Origin: Folioceros fuciformis
Lineage: Eukaryota
Assembly (NCBI GenBank): GCA_049999805.1
Contig: JBNGIO010005918.1
Span: forward strand, 1 to 32,474
DNA: 32,474 nucleotides
Reading direction: 5' to 3'
Under the pieces are notes generated by a model. That model saw nothing but the letters and a program-made list of their open reading frames with translations. It did not search any database and was not told the origin of the DNA. Positions within the stretch are counted from its first letter, which is position 1. Every line of letters begins with the position of its first letter. Shown one piece after another: positions 1 through 10,700 of the stretch. The position numbers and the translations under genes are program-made.

Positions 1-913
1 GTGGTAGTGGAGGAGGAGGAGGTGCGCTGCCTCCCACGACTCCGTCCGCTCCAGATAGAGGTGTAGGACGTGGTGGAGAAGGTGGTGGTCCTAGAGGTGG
101 GTATATTGCGGTCCTGATTATTTGTCTCTTTCTCAGACCAGTGAGGTGACGTGGTGGTGGTGGAGAAGGTGGGGCTGGTGGTCCTAGAGATGGGTCTAGA
201 GCAGTCCTGGATATTGGTTGCTGTTGGAGATCAGGTGGTGGGGATGATCCTGGAGCATTCCTGGCTATGTCTTGCAATCCTCCTCCTGCTTCTCGTAGAA
301 CTGTAGAGCGTTCAGGAGATGTAGGAGAGAGTGGGGGTGATCTTGGAGCGTCTTCGAGTGCTCCCCCTTGCAGACCTGCCGGTGCAGGAGGGGAAGGAGG
401 TGGTGATGGTGATGATCTTGGAGTGCTCCCGGTTATCACTTCTGGATCACGGGGGTCTTGATGCATGAGCGTACTGGAATGGCTGAAGTTAGCTGTGCTG
501 ACTTCCTGCTGTCTCTCTGAGACTAGGGGGAACACGGATGTGACTTTAACATCCGGTTTGTTGGGTTCCACCCCAGGATTTAAGAACTTGGAGTAGTTTG
601 TCGTGCCGTCCTTCTTCTGTATGGTATACAGGAGGCGTTCCAGATACGACAGGTGCGATGGTGCATCGTCTACGTGCTCTGTGTCAGGCGCAACCGGAGG
701 CGGCGCAGGCTGAATCACCTTGACAGCCTGCTTCACCTTCGGCTGTGTGGCCCGCGCGTGTATTGCACCTGAAGGCTCTGGCTCTGGCTCTGTTTCCGCT
801 TCCCCATCGTCTGGCTTCACCTTGCCAGCTTCTAGCTTCGACGACCCTGACCCGCTCGCTTTCCCTTGAAGCTCGAGCAACATCCTTTCCAAACTGGATG
901 GCCCGTCTGCCAT
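1..913 (-). CDS. Proline-rich protein, 5' part only (runs off window edge); possibly formin FH1-like or CHUP1-like
   Basis: Manual translation from ATG 913 gives 304 stop-free codons to position 1 (MADGPSSLERMLLELQGK...SPSPPPSPPAP...LGPPAPPSPPPPR...APPPPPLP). It is absent from the ORF track because no stop lies in the window. Family assignment is inference from the polyproline tracts only. Confidence 0.6.
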   Translation of the reverse strand, partial: MADGPSSLERMLLELQGKASGSGSSKLEAGKVKPDDGEAETEPEPEPSGAIHARATQPKVKQAVKVIQPAPPPVAPDTEHVDDAPSHLSYLERLLYTIQKKDGTTNYSKFLNPGVEPNKPDVKVTSVFPLVSERQQEVSTANFSHSSTLMHQDPRDPEVITGSTPRSSPSPPPSPPAPAGLQGGALEDAPRSPPLSPTSPERSTVLREAGGGLQDIARNAPGSSPPPDLQQQPISRTALDPSLGPPAPPSPPPPRHLTGLRKRQIIRTAIYPPLGPPPSPPRPTPLSGADGVVGGSAPPPPPLP

Positions 914-957
914 GTTGGAGGCCTACTGTCTATCCCTGCCCCTGGCATAGAGAAGAG

Positions 958-965
958 AAACCCTA
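958..965 (+). promoter_or_regulatory. Telo-box AAACCCTA in the divergent intergenic region
   Basis: Exact motif between the divergent ATGs at 913 (-) and 1440 (+). Function untested. Confidence 0.35.
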
Positions 966-1439
966 GCAATAGCCACGGATCCTGCGCACTATCACTATCG
1001 TATCGCCCCCTGCGTCTGAGTGTACTTAAGCAAGAACGCAGGATTCAACAGCAGAAGGGACGGAGGATAATTTGGTGAGGCAGAAATCGTCATCCACATC
1101 CCACGCCATAGCTCTGGGCTGTTCTCCTTGTCGTCTTGTTCGTAACAGAAGTGACGCGGGGAGTCGGAGACGCCGTTTCCCATGGTGTGCGCCGGGGCCG
1201 GCTGGCTTTAACGGTTTCACCTAAACATACAACGGGGGTAGGTTATTTGGCGAGGAACTTGATGCGAGATGTCGATGAGATTGAGCTGCCGGCTCCCACT
1301 TGCATCTGTGGACTCCGATCCCGATTTCATGCCTCGGCAAATTTTTCCACGCAGTCGCCTAACGAGAGGGGTGTTTTGCGTCCAACGTCCGCTCCAGTAT
1401 TGAGTGACAGCGGAAGGCGGCCGGCCGCCCCCTTTCAAC

Positions 1440-3325
1440 ATGGGCCACACCCTGCTAGAGCCTCCTCCATTCCAAGAGGCCTCCAGATGCGTTGTTTGCG
1501 ACTGCAGCTTCACGACATTTAAGCGTCGTGTACGTGCGGCATCGCAGCATTCCAACTGTTTCATCCGGTATTGAATCTTGTCTCTTAGCTGCGAGCTGGC
1601 ATCTCATGGTCTGCATTCTTGTGTGTAGCACCATTGCCGCAGCTGCGGCAAGAGCTTATGCAACGAGCACTCTTCAAATCACAAGGTCAGCTAGATGCCT
1701 CGTCAATATGGCCTTATCGTGCAAGGCTGTGTCCGCGCTGACGGATGATCTCTTCTGGCTGTCCTCCTCTACAGGCACTGCCTCAATTTGGGCTGTACTC
1801 GCCGGTCAGAGTCTGTGATGACTGCTATAACTACACACAGTAAGTGCACTGGCTGCTTGGATCAGCTACAGCTGGCACCGGATCTTTGACGGGTTTGTTA
1901 ATCACAGACAGGATGATACCGATTTGCTGTGTCCTTTCTACCAGGCCTGTCGTTTCGTCCACCACGTATAGTAGCATCCGTGCCGCTGATGATGTAGCAA
2001 GCTCTGTAGAGAGGTTAGACCTAGCTTCCGAGGCGTCATCTCTGGCACATGAGGATGATGGCCCTGGGGATGTGCCAGAGCAGCCGGCTTTTGATTGCAC
2101 CTGTGGCATGCCGTTGTGCATATGTGAAGTCCCAGCCGTTCCAAAGGTTTTCCCGACCTTTGAAGTTTCAAAAATACCGCTTCTAGGACAAGCTGATTTG
2201 TTGCCTTACTTTTTCCGTTTCGGGGTGAGCTTGCTTGTAAGGTATCAAGATCTGAAGATTGACCCAGTGTCGTGCAGGCCACCACTCCTAGCAAATTTGG
2301 AGGACCGACTGTAAAACCTGTGAAAGTTACCTCGTCCATTGTGCCTTCCCCATGGGTAGCACGGCAACAGTCGTCGTCAAACTTAGGCTCTGGAGGCATG
2401 CCCAGGTACTCTTTTCCCCACATCCCCCGAGGCTGCTAGCTTCCAATGGTTCATCTCCTAAACATATTACGTTGCCCGCTTCTGTCGATCAGGAGAAATT
2501 TTCAGAGTTGCAGGAGTCTGTGTTGTTAAATGCATAGCCGTATTGAGCCTGGAGTGACATACTCGTTGTTCCGCATTTTCCAGGCCTTCCTTCAGCTCTG
2601 CACAAACTTCTTTTCCAAACAATCAACAGGCTCCAAGGACATACGACCGTTCAGGGGAGGTGGGGTGCCTGGTTTCAGCAGCTTTTGTAAAGAGGAACCC
2701 TGCCTAGCTTTTTACAGTGTATATAATGAAATTTGCAGGGAGTGCGTGAAGCTGTGAAGAATAATGACATTGATGCTGTCAGGGCCTTGCTCGCACAGGT
2801 GCGCTTTGGTTGCGGCTGAAACACATCTGCGTCTGAAATCTGTTACTCATTGCTTCTCGTTCCTGTATAGGGTACATGGGTTTACTGTGCTAATCTTGTA
2901 TGTGGGAGCTAACCTATCCTTGATTTGGTATCCGGTCAGGGTGTAGATTCTAATTATCGGGATCGACAAGGAATGTCGTTACTTCACCTGGTAGGTTTGC
3001 TAAGTTATTTGTGAGCTCTGGTGGAGCGTGATCATCACGTGGTGGATTGATTCTTGCCCACTATTTTCAGGCTGCTGTCTTCAACTTCACGGAAGTTGTA
3101 TTCGTGCTGATGGATGCTGGAGCCAATGTTCATGCAAGAAACGCACAAGGTTTTTTTCTGAGGACAATGTTTCAAGTTACCAGCTCATTTGAGCTACATT
3201 TTCCTAGCCTACAGATTGACTGTATATCCACCTGTTATGTTCCAGGAGAAACCCCTCTTGAGTGTGCTCAACCCACCTTAGCATACAAGATGCGACAAAA
3301 ACTCGGGTCTTTGGTTATGAGGTGA
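1440..3325 (+). CDS. FYVE zinc finger + C-terminal ankyrin repeat protein (conserved plant family often annotated VPS27-like), about 10 exons
   Basis: Spliced reading with GT-AG sites: MGHTLLEPPPFQEASRCVVCDCSFTTFKRR (1440-1529) / HHCRSCGKSLCNEHSSNHK (1629-1685) / ALPQFGLYSPVRVCDDCYN (from 1775) / ...CTCGMPLCICEVP / ... / GVREAVKNNDIDAVRALLAQ / GVDSNYRDRQGMSLLHL / AAVFNFTEVVFVLMDAGANVHARNAQ / GETPLECAQPTLAYKMRQKL..TGA 3325. RRHHCR is the FYVE motif. Confidence 0.9.
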
Positions 3326-3633
3326 TATTGTTTGTGTAGTGTTGGCAATAACCGAGGGCCATGTGCTTGTCACATTTCTCTTCAGGTCATTTCTTGCAAG
3401 CAGCCCCACATACGAGCAGAGCAGAATAGAGCAAAGCAGATCAGAGCAGAGAGCCATGTTGGAGACGCAGAGGTTGGCCCTGCCAGCTACCGTGTTGATA
3501 AATAGAGTGTGAAACTTGAAGAGAACAAGATGTTTACGAACTCTCACTTGGCGCAGAGTTGGATCTTGAACCACACTTGGAAACTCTCCGTGCAGCGGAA
3601 GGAAAAAAAACTTGCGAGCTTCATGCCAAGAAG

Positions 3634-3690
3634 CTAAACATACGTGAAACGATGGTATAGGGCACCCTCCTATACAAGGTCGACTCGGCA
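3634..3690 (-). pseudogene. Degenerate duplicate of the last ~18 codons of the CER3-like gene
   Basis: Minus strand reads RVDLV*EGALYHRFTYV* versus the intact [17 protein letters not shown] ending at 5520. Confidence 0.65.
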
Positions 3691-4299
3691 GCGGCAGCAG
3701 GACGGCGACCAGGGGGCTGAGCGCAGCACCATCTCTTCCTTTCAACTGATGGTGCCTCTTCGTCGCGGAGTAAGTTGCCTGAGGTTGAACGACCTGATTA
3801 AACCTAAGCAGCTTTCATGTTTGTTCACACCACCGAGTTGTACGTTCGCCGTTAATGTGAGGTTCGGGAACCATATGGAAACAGGAACAAGCTAGATTTT
3901 CCAAATGACTTAGGTCAACTGGACACAGATTGTTGTACAATTGTACATGGTTGTTACGTACCTAGTCCGTGACCCACGGAAATCCTTCTCCAATGGACTC
4001 TAATAGAATTCTCCCTCTTTTGATCTCAATATCAATAACATAGCACCAAAATAAGTATGCCAATACAATGTTCCCTTGCTAACTTGAAGTGTTTTTCTAC
4101 TTCAATGTACACGCCACTCTACTTCAAGTTCCTGAGAGGGTCATTCTCTTCTGGCCTGATGAGCCGCTGGAAAGAAGTGTCGTAGTCCATAACCACTCCT
4201 CCCAATTGTCAACAAAGGTTATTTGATGCATCAGGGGGTGTCTACTTCCTGCCACTCCACCCAGACCGTGCTGTCTACTGCTACGCCTTTGTTTCTAAC

Positions 4300-5238
4300 T
4301 CCAATCTTCGAAGCTTCAAGAAAATCGGTTCTAGAACCAGCTGTTTTGTCGGTTAAGTTTGTCCGCGTTTGCCTGGTTGGAAGGTGGTAAGATGTGAAGA
4401 TAGGCCTGTGTCTTGCAGACTTCGACCCCTAGCTAATTTGGAGCTTGGCTGCGATACCTGTGAAAGTTGTGACCCCCTCCACTGTATCTACCCCATTTGT
4501 AGCACGGCAACAGTCGTCGCCAAATTCTCATCTGTAGGCATGCACAGGTACTCTCGTCCCTACATACCCCAAGCATGCCAGCTCCCACTGGTTCTTTCCC
4601 GAAACATATCACATTCTACGTTTTTCTCAACGATGAGAAAATCTCTTAGTTTGCTGGAGTCTATGCTTTTAAATGCATAGCAGTAGTGAGCCTGGGGTGA
4701 GATACTCGTGGTTCCGCATCTTCCAGTCTTTCCTTCAGCTCTGCACAAACTTTCTTTCCAAACAATCAACAGGCAGCTGCAAGGACATGCGAGGAAGGGT
4801 GCCTGGTTTCAGCGCCTTTTGTTACGAGGAAGCCTACTTTACGTGTACAGTGTGTGGGACTGCACAAAATGCTTGCAGGGCATACGTGAAGTCGAGAATA
4901 ATGACATTGATGCCGTCAGGGACATGCGACAAGGAGTGTCGTTGCTTCACTTGGAAGGCTTTCTGACTTATTTGCAGGATCTGGCGGAGCATGGTCATTA
5001 CAAAGACGGTGGATTGAAGCTTGATGGACGCTGGAGCCAATGTCCATTCGAGAAATGCGAAGGGTATCTTCTGCTGAGAAAGTTTCAAGTTGCCAGCTCG
5101 TTTGAGCTACATTTTCCTAGCATACGGATTGATTTTATGTCCATCTGTGATCCTCCAGGAGAAACGCCCGTTGAGCGTGCACAACTCGCCTTAGAATATA
5201 AGATGCGAAAGAAACTGGGATTGTTGGTGATGATTTGA
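4300..5238 (+). pseudogene. Degenerate partial duplicate of the 3' half of the FYVE-ankyrin gene
   Basis: Colinear similarity to about 2150-3325 including introns (e.g. agcacggcaacagtcgtcg at both ~2358 and 4501; tttgagctacattttcctag at both ~3188 and 5101). It has internal deletions, damaged splice donors and no FYVE exons. Confidence 0.85.
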
Positions 5239-5519
5239 TGTTATTCGTGTGGTGCTGGCAACCGCTGAGGGCCAAGTGCTTGTCATCACCGCCTTCAGGT
5301 GAGTTCTTGCAAGCAGCCCTGCACACAGCACAGCAGAACAGAGCCGTGTCGGAGACGCAGAGGTTGGCCTTGCCAGCCGTCTTATTGATAAACAGTACAG
5401 GGTGAGACTTGAGAACTTCTTTTTTACAATGTAACTTGGCGCAGGGTATGATCTGTGACCCGCATCTGGAAACTCTAGTTGCAGCGGAAGACAAAGCTTG
5501 CGAGGTGCGAGCCAAGAGG

Positions 5520-8478
5520 CTAAGCAGGTGTGAAGCCATGGCGTAAAGCAGCCTCCCACACAATGTCTATTCGATCCACGTCTATGCTGCCCACTTCGTG
5601 ATGTTGCCAACCTTCCAATGCATGGATGATGCCACCGGCATGACAGGCGTGTACCACGCCTCTGGGCATGGTGAGCTGGCATTCAACAGCAGAAACACCG
5701 TTATAATATCAAGAAGGGGAGTCCACAGCCTGGAAACTGACGACTCTATCAGGAGGCAGGTCCACTTTACCTCGCAAGCATTCATGCCTTGAATGCGCTT
5801 CAGTGGCAGGCGCATGCCTGCCAGTTTGCCGTAGGAACAGTCTCTCCGCGTCTCACTCACTCCTGGCACTGCAAACTGGTGAAAGTAGGTGTTGGGCGGA
5901 GCCCACTTCTGCTCCTCTGCCGACATGCATTTTCCGACGATCCACGTCTGCCATGGAGTGTGTGTTAGAGTAGCTGAAGCCAGAGTAGCACGTCTGCACG
6001 CAGACCTTACCTTGCAGTTCTGGCCGGCTTGGATCTTGGTGACTTGGACAAGGCAGTGCTTTCGTTCAGGTGGAGCGTCCTTCACTACAAGTTCGAACCG
6101 TTCCTGGGACCTGGTGAGCATCTGTTCACAGAAGTAGACATCTGTGTCAGTGCATGTGGGAGAATGTAAGGGAGGGCGATAGCACCTGTAATTAAGCCCA
6201 TGAAATCGGTAGCTAGCTACCAGCACACGGACACCCCTCCGGCAGAGGTACAGGGCGATAGCCCGACCCAACTTGGATGTGGCTCCAGTGAGAAAAACTT
6301 CCCCGATCTCCGGCCCGATGGCATGCACCACCACAGCTGCCGTGAGGGTGTTGCCATGAACCACACGCACCCTCAAATCTGTGTGCTTAGCAACGAAGAT
6401 GGTGCCTCCTCCGTTTAGCGCCTCATTCTGCCAGCGAGCACAGACAGAAACCGAGAGTTATATAAGTCGTGATGTCAACAGACCTCCCCAACGGTAAATT
6501 TCGGGTGCACACCTTGTTAAGTGCTGCCAGGCTCAGAACCTTGACTCCCAGTCGGTCTGCGTCTAGGATGGCTTGTTCGATGAGCTTGTTCAAGCCACTC
6601 ATTCCGTAAGGCAAGAAGTACTGCACGTTAGGTTTACTGACGTCAATCTCAAGCTCAAGTTCCGAGCAGCTTGACCTGATCTGGTGAAACCATCCATGAA
6701 TTTAAGCTGCTGTGATTTGAAATGGTGAGAGTGCACTAACGTGAAATCCGTAACGGGGAAGAACCCAGGTCTGGATGCTCATGCTGTCTAGCATGTAGCC
6801 GGCAGCCACAAATGTGCGTCCGAAAGCCCAGAGAAGAAGCATGGCAAGGACGCTGACGGGCCAAATCAGCCACAGATACCAGCGACTTGAGTAAGGATGC
6901 GAAGCCAGTGACCGAAACACAAAGGATATGTGCGGCGAGGAGAGCATGTCGATGCAATGGGCCAAGAAGACGTAATCTGGAGCCTTGTTCGGTCGACCTG
7001 CAACATAATTATGCACTGTCAGGAGACTTGTACAGTGGAGCAGTGCAGCTCCTGGACTAGCTCTACTACCAGCAGAGTAAACTTGTGTGAACCTGAAAGA
7101 CAAACCTATTCGCAAGGATTCGTGCAGATAGTCCGTCATGCTGTCTCTTGTGCCTCCAAGATAGTCGTAGAGAGGCATGAAGAGGCAGAAGTTTGTGCTC
7201 CGGCTAGCGTGATGTAGAGAATGATACCTTGAGCAGCACCCATCCATGGCCCAATGCACTAAGCTTCATGCAGACACGTTCCCTAACAAGAGTACTTTTC
7301 ATGGAGTAGGTCACTTACGAGGGAGTGCAGAGTACGAACTTGAGAGGCGGGAAGAGTTTGAAAAGCGATGCAGGAACGAACTCCACATTGCAGTGGCCCA
7401 TGGCCTGGAGGAAGTCGAAGGTGATGATGTAGCAGAAGAGGACCAGCAGGGAGGGCCCTCCCACAGCAAAGCTTCCTGTCAGGACCAGGGCCTTGAGCGC
7501 TGTAAGCAGCCAATGCTCCAGCCAGCTCCTCACTCCTCCTGCAAGCCATACCGTCAGGCCATGGCATCACACACACAGATGTCACTAGAACTTAAATGCT
7601 GCGAAAGTTGAATTTGTAGTCGTGAATCATACCTGTGCAGGATTCTGTGACGCTGAACCTATGGTGACGCTCGTGGATGCGGGAGAAGAGGAAGCCGTTG
7701 GAATGCAGCAAGCGGTGCAGGTGGTAGTAAACAAACTCGACGGGGCCACAGTGCATGAGTAGCACAAGTAGCAACGTGCGTTGCGTGGAGCTACCCCAGA
7801 CCGGCATAGTTCTCCAGCTTGGAAGCCAAGCATGAGCTGCGGTTGCGATCAAGGCTTCCAGTATGATGTGGTTGTCCCTTCAAAGCCATCAGATTGCAGG
7901 AGTGCTTTAGACGTGACTGATAACAAATTCAATCCCAAGTATGGCCGGGGACAGCGACTCCAAATCAAATTTCGTGGATCAATGTTGAGGGCCCAAGGAG
8001 AGGGAATCTACCAGTCGTGATCTTGGTCCACTTGTCGGAAGCTGATGCCCTGAGTATGCACCAGGTATTTTTTATTGACGCAATGAAGGCGGGAGAGTGT
8101 GGTCCAGAGCTGAATATGCACGTAGCGCACCAGCGCCAGCAGCAACATGTAAAAGCACCAGTTGTCTGCCACGTGATGAAAATTGCCCAAACTCGAGCGC
8201 GATCTCGGAAGCGTCCACCACACCACCACCGCTTTCAACACAAATGGAATGCACACCATGTACTGCGATTCCAGGATTGCAGGCCATAGTTATGATCAAA
8301 GCTGGCAGAAGACGGCCTCTCTACAATGAGGGAGATGGAGGCATCGATTTCCTGCCTGGTGGTCGCACATTCATGAGCACAGTCTTGAGCTTACCTTGTA
8401 GTTGCCTGGCTGCGGCGGCTCAGCCCATCCTTCATGGCCGTCGCCATTGTGTTCTGCGCCATCGTGCGGGTACCGCAT
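5520..8478 (-). CDS. CER3: ECERIFERUM3/WAX2-like very-long-chain alkane biosynthesis protein (fatty acid hydroxylase + WAX2 C-terminal domain), about 11 exons
   Basis: Exons give GNYK/YMVCIP..., His motifs HRLLH, HERHH and YHSLHH, then [85 protein letters not shown] and [21 protein letters not shown]...[10 protein letters not shown] (stop 5520-5522). The start at 8478 is inferred from the frame of GNYK. Confidence 0.9.
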
Positions 8479-9894
8479 TGTCGGAGCTGACAGTAGATGG
8501 ATAAAATAGGTGACCGGTAGAGAGAATTGCGGGGAGGTCCGGATCCGGAGCTCAGCAATATTGCATCGACATCCGGGTGGCGTAGCAGGAGAGCAAGTTG
8601 GCAATGCTTCACACCATGGCATCCGGGCAACGCTTAAGGAGCTGAAGCATAGCGAGAATGATGATGAAGAGACAAGAGAGAGTCGCAGCGAGGTGAAGGC
8701 AACGGGGTAGCCAGCGATGCGATGGAGGTGGGGAGCGACGAGGTGTGGTGTGGATTGTATCGAGTTCCTTCATGGCATTGCGCTCTTATTTGTTTGCACG
8801 AGACACCGACCATATGGGGTGTAGGTGAGACGAGAGATGTGGAGAAGGAGGTCTTAATTGCTTTGCCCAGCAGCAGGTACGTCCTGGTAAAGGCCCAAGT
8901 GAGCCGAAACCCTGGCTGACTGTGTGAAGCGCGCCGTTGAAAGCAGGTGAAGGCATTCATGAAGCTCCAGTAGAGACGTGGCTGGACATGGAACCTTCTC
9001 GTGATCCCGGGAACAGGCTACCTTGTGCGTGCCAAGCGTAAGGGCAGGACGCCGGTACCGCTTCCCTCTCGAGGTCGAGGGGGGCGGGGCTGTGAACTGC
9101 CATGGCAGCCAGTCGCCGGTCGACTCCGTTCTGGTAAAGGAACACCATCGTTCACGGCTCGACTCTCGTCTGGTAGGGAATACCAACTGGCCACCAACGA
9201 GTGACGTAAGGTGAGGTGAGACGGGTCTCCAGGCTCAGGCTCATCAGGCTCCGGCTCCAACCTGCTGCCGGTGCACCCTCCTTGCATCTTGCAGTCCATT
9301 CATGCCGTGTTGCCCTTCCGATTGCCTACACCTGTTCCGTGGCAGAGATACGTCTTTTCACTGCAAGCCCTGACAACTCGCTGTGTACTTGCCGTCTCTG
9401 TCTGTCGTCGCCCTCTTTGACCCCGACGACGATGGACGTCTTCCACGTAACGTTAAGCTCGTTCTTGATGCAGCTGCCAGGCATGGCTGGCGTACAAAGC
9501 GTCCACCATAGGCTCCACCTTCGTAAGCTTTCTGTATTATGGTGGCACACCACGCACTCTCACTTCCAAACTTTCTGGAGGTCACTTTCCAAACAGAATT
9601 TGATGTTCCTCGTCACCAATGACTAGCATCTATCTCCTGATTTATGATTTCAGCACTTTGATCTGCTTTGTTTATCCAACCCCATGTCTGGTCCATTCCA
9701 TTTTGCATTACTTTGGTAGTAGTTATTAGAATGGGGTTAACACTAATATGGAATACTGATACGGTTAGAGTGCCTTTTCACACAAACTTTAGGGCGACAG
9801 TATACGGTTATGTGCCCGCTTGGGTCGTAGGGCACAAAGTACTTTGTGCCCTTGTTTTATCCTTCATGTTTGGGTCCCTCTCTCTCCACTCACA

Positions 9895-10096
9895 CTCATT
9901 CACTGTTTTTAGTTAGGATTAGGGCTTGTGGGTTCAACATCCATGGTTCAGCATCCTTCCTTAGGACCTCATTCACTTTTCTTTAGCTAGGGTTAGGGGC
10001 TGAACCTTCCTTAGGACCTCATTCACTATTTTTTTAGTTAGGGTTAGGGCTTATGGGTTCAGCATCCACGGTTCAGCATCCTTCCTTCGGACCTCA
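9895..10096. repeat. Imperfect direct repeats (catccttccttaggacctcattcact / ttagggttaggg)
   Basis: ccttccttaggacctc-type motif three times (~9954, ~10005, ~10079) with interleaved repeated blocks. Confidence 0.75.
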
Positions 10097-10204
10097 GCGT
10101 TTACCGTGGTGCTATCCGCTGTGCACACATATGTCACCTCCATGCACACCCCTAACCATCTAAGTTTTCGCCACTCCAATGCAGAACTTGCCCAAATCGC
10201 AATG

Positions 10205-10392
10205 TCGATCGGGAGCCCTCACGGTGGTAACAATCCGGAGCTCTCCCTCACTGCGGTGTCAATCAAGAGCCCTCACGGCAGTGGCAATTAGAAGCACTCC
10301 CTCACGGTGGTGTCAAGAGCCCTCACGGCAGTGGCAATCAGAAGCGCTCCCTCACGGTGGTGTCAATTGGGAGCCTTTGCAGCGGTGTCAAT
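10205..10392. repeat. ~50-bp tandem repeat (two related halves with ccctcacgg core), about 3.5 copies
   Basis: Recurrent gagccctcacggcagtggcaat..gaagc.ctccctcacggtggtgtcaa. Confidence 0.8.
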
Positions 10393-10700
10393 CGAGATGA
10401 ATCTTAAAACAGTGTCAATCGGGACGAATCTTAAAACACTGTGTCAATCGGCACGAATCTTAAAACACTGTGTCAATCGGCACGAATCTTAGAACACTAT
10501 GTCAATCAGGATGAATCTTAAAACATTGTGTCAATCGAGACGAATCTTAAGACACTGTGTCAATCAGGACGAATCTTAAAACACTTTGTCAATCGGGACG
10601 AATCTTAAAACACTGTGTCAATCGGGACGAATCNNNNNNNNNNGTCAATCGGGACGAATCTTAAAACACTGTGTCAATCGGGACGAATCTGAATACACTT
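10385..10700. repeat. 29-bp minisatellite GTGTCAATCGGGACGAATCTTAAAACACT, at least 10 copies, with an assembly gap at 10634-10643
   Basis: Head-to-tail near-identical units with no spacers. Confidence 0.95.

Noticed and set aside
10385..10700. 29-bp repeats as a CRISPR array
   Set aside because: Units are head-to-tail with no unique spacers, no cas genes are present, and the context is eukaryotic.
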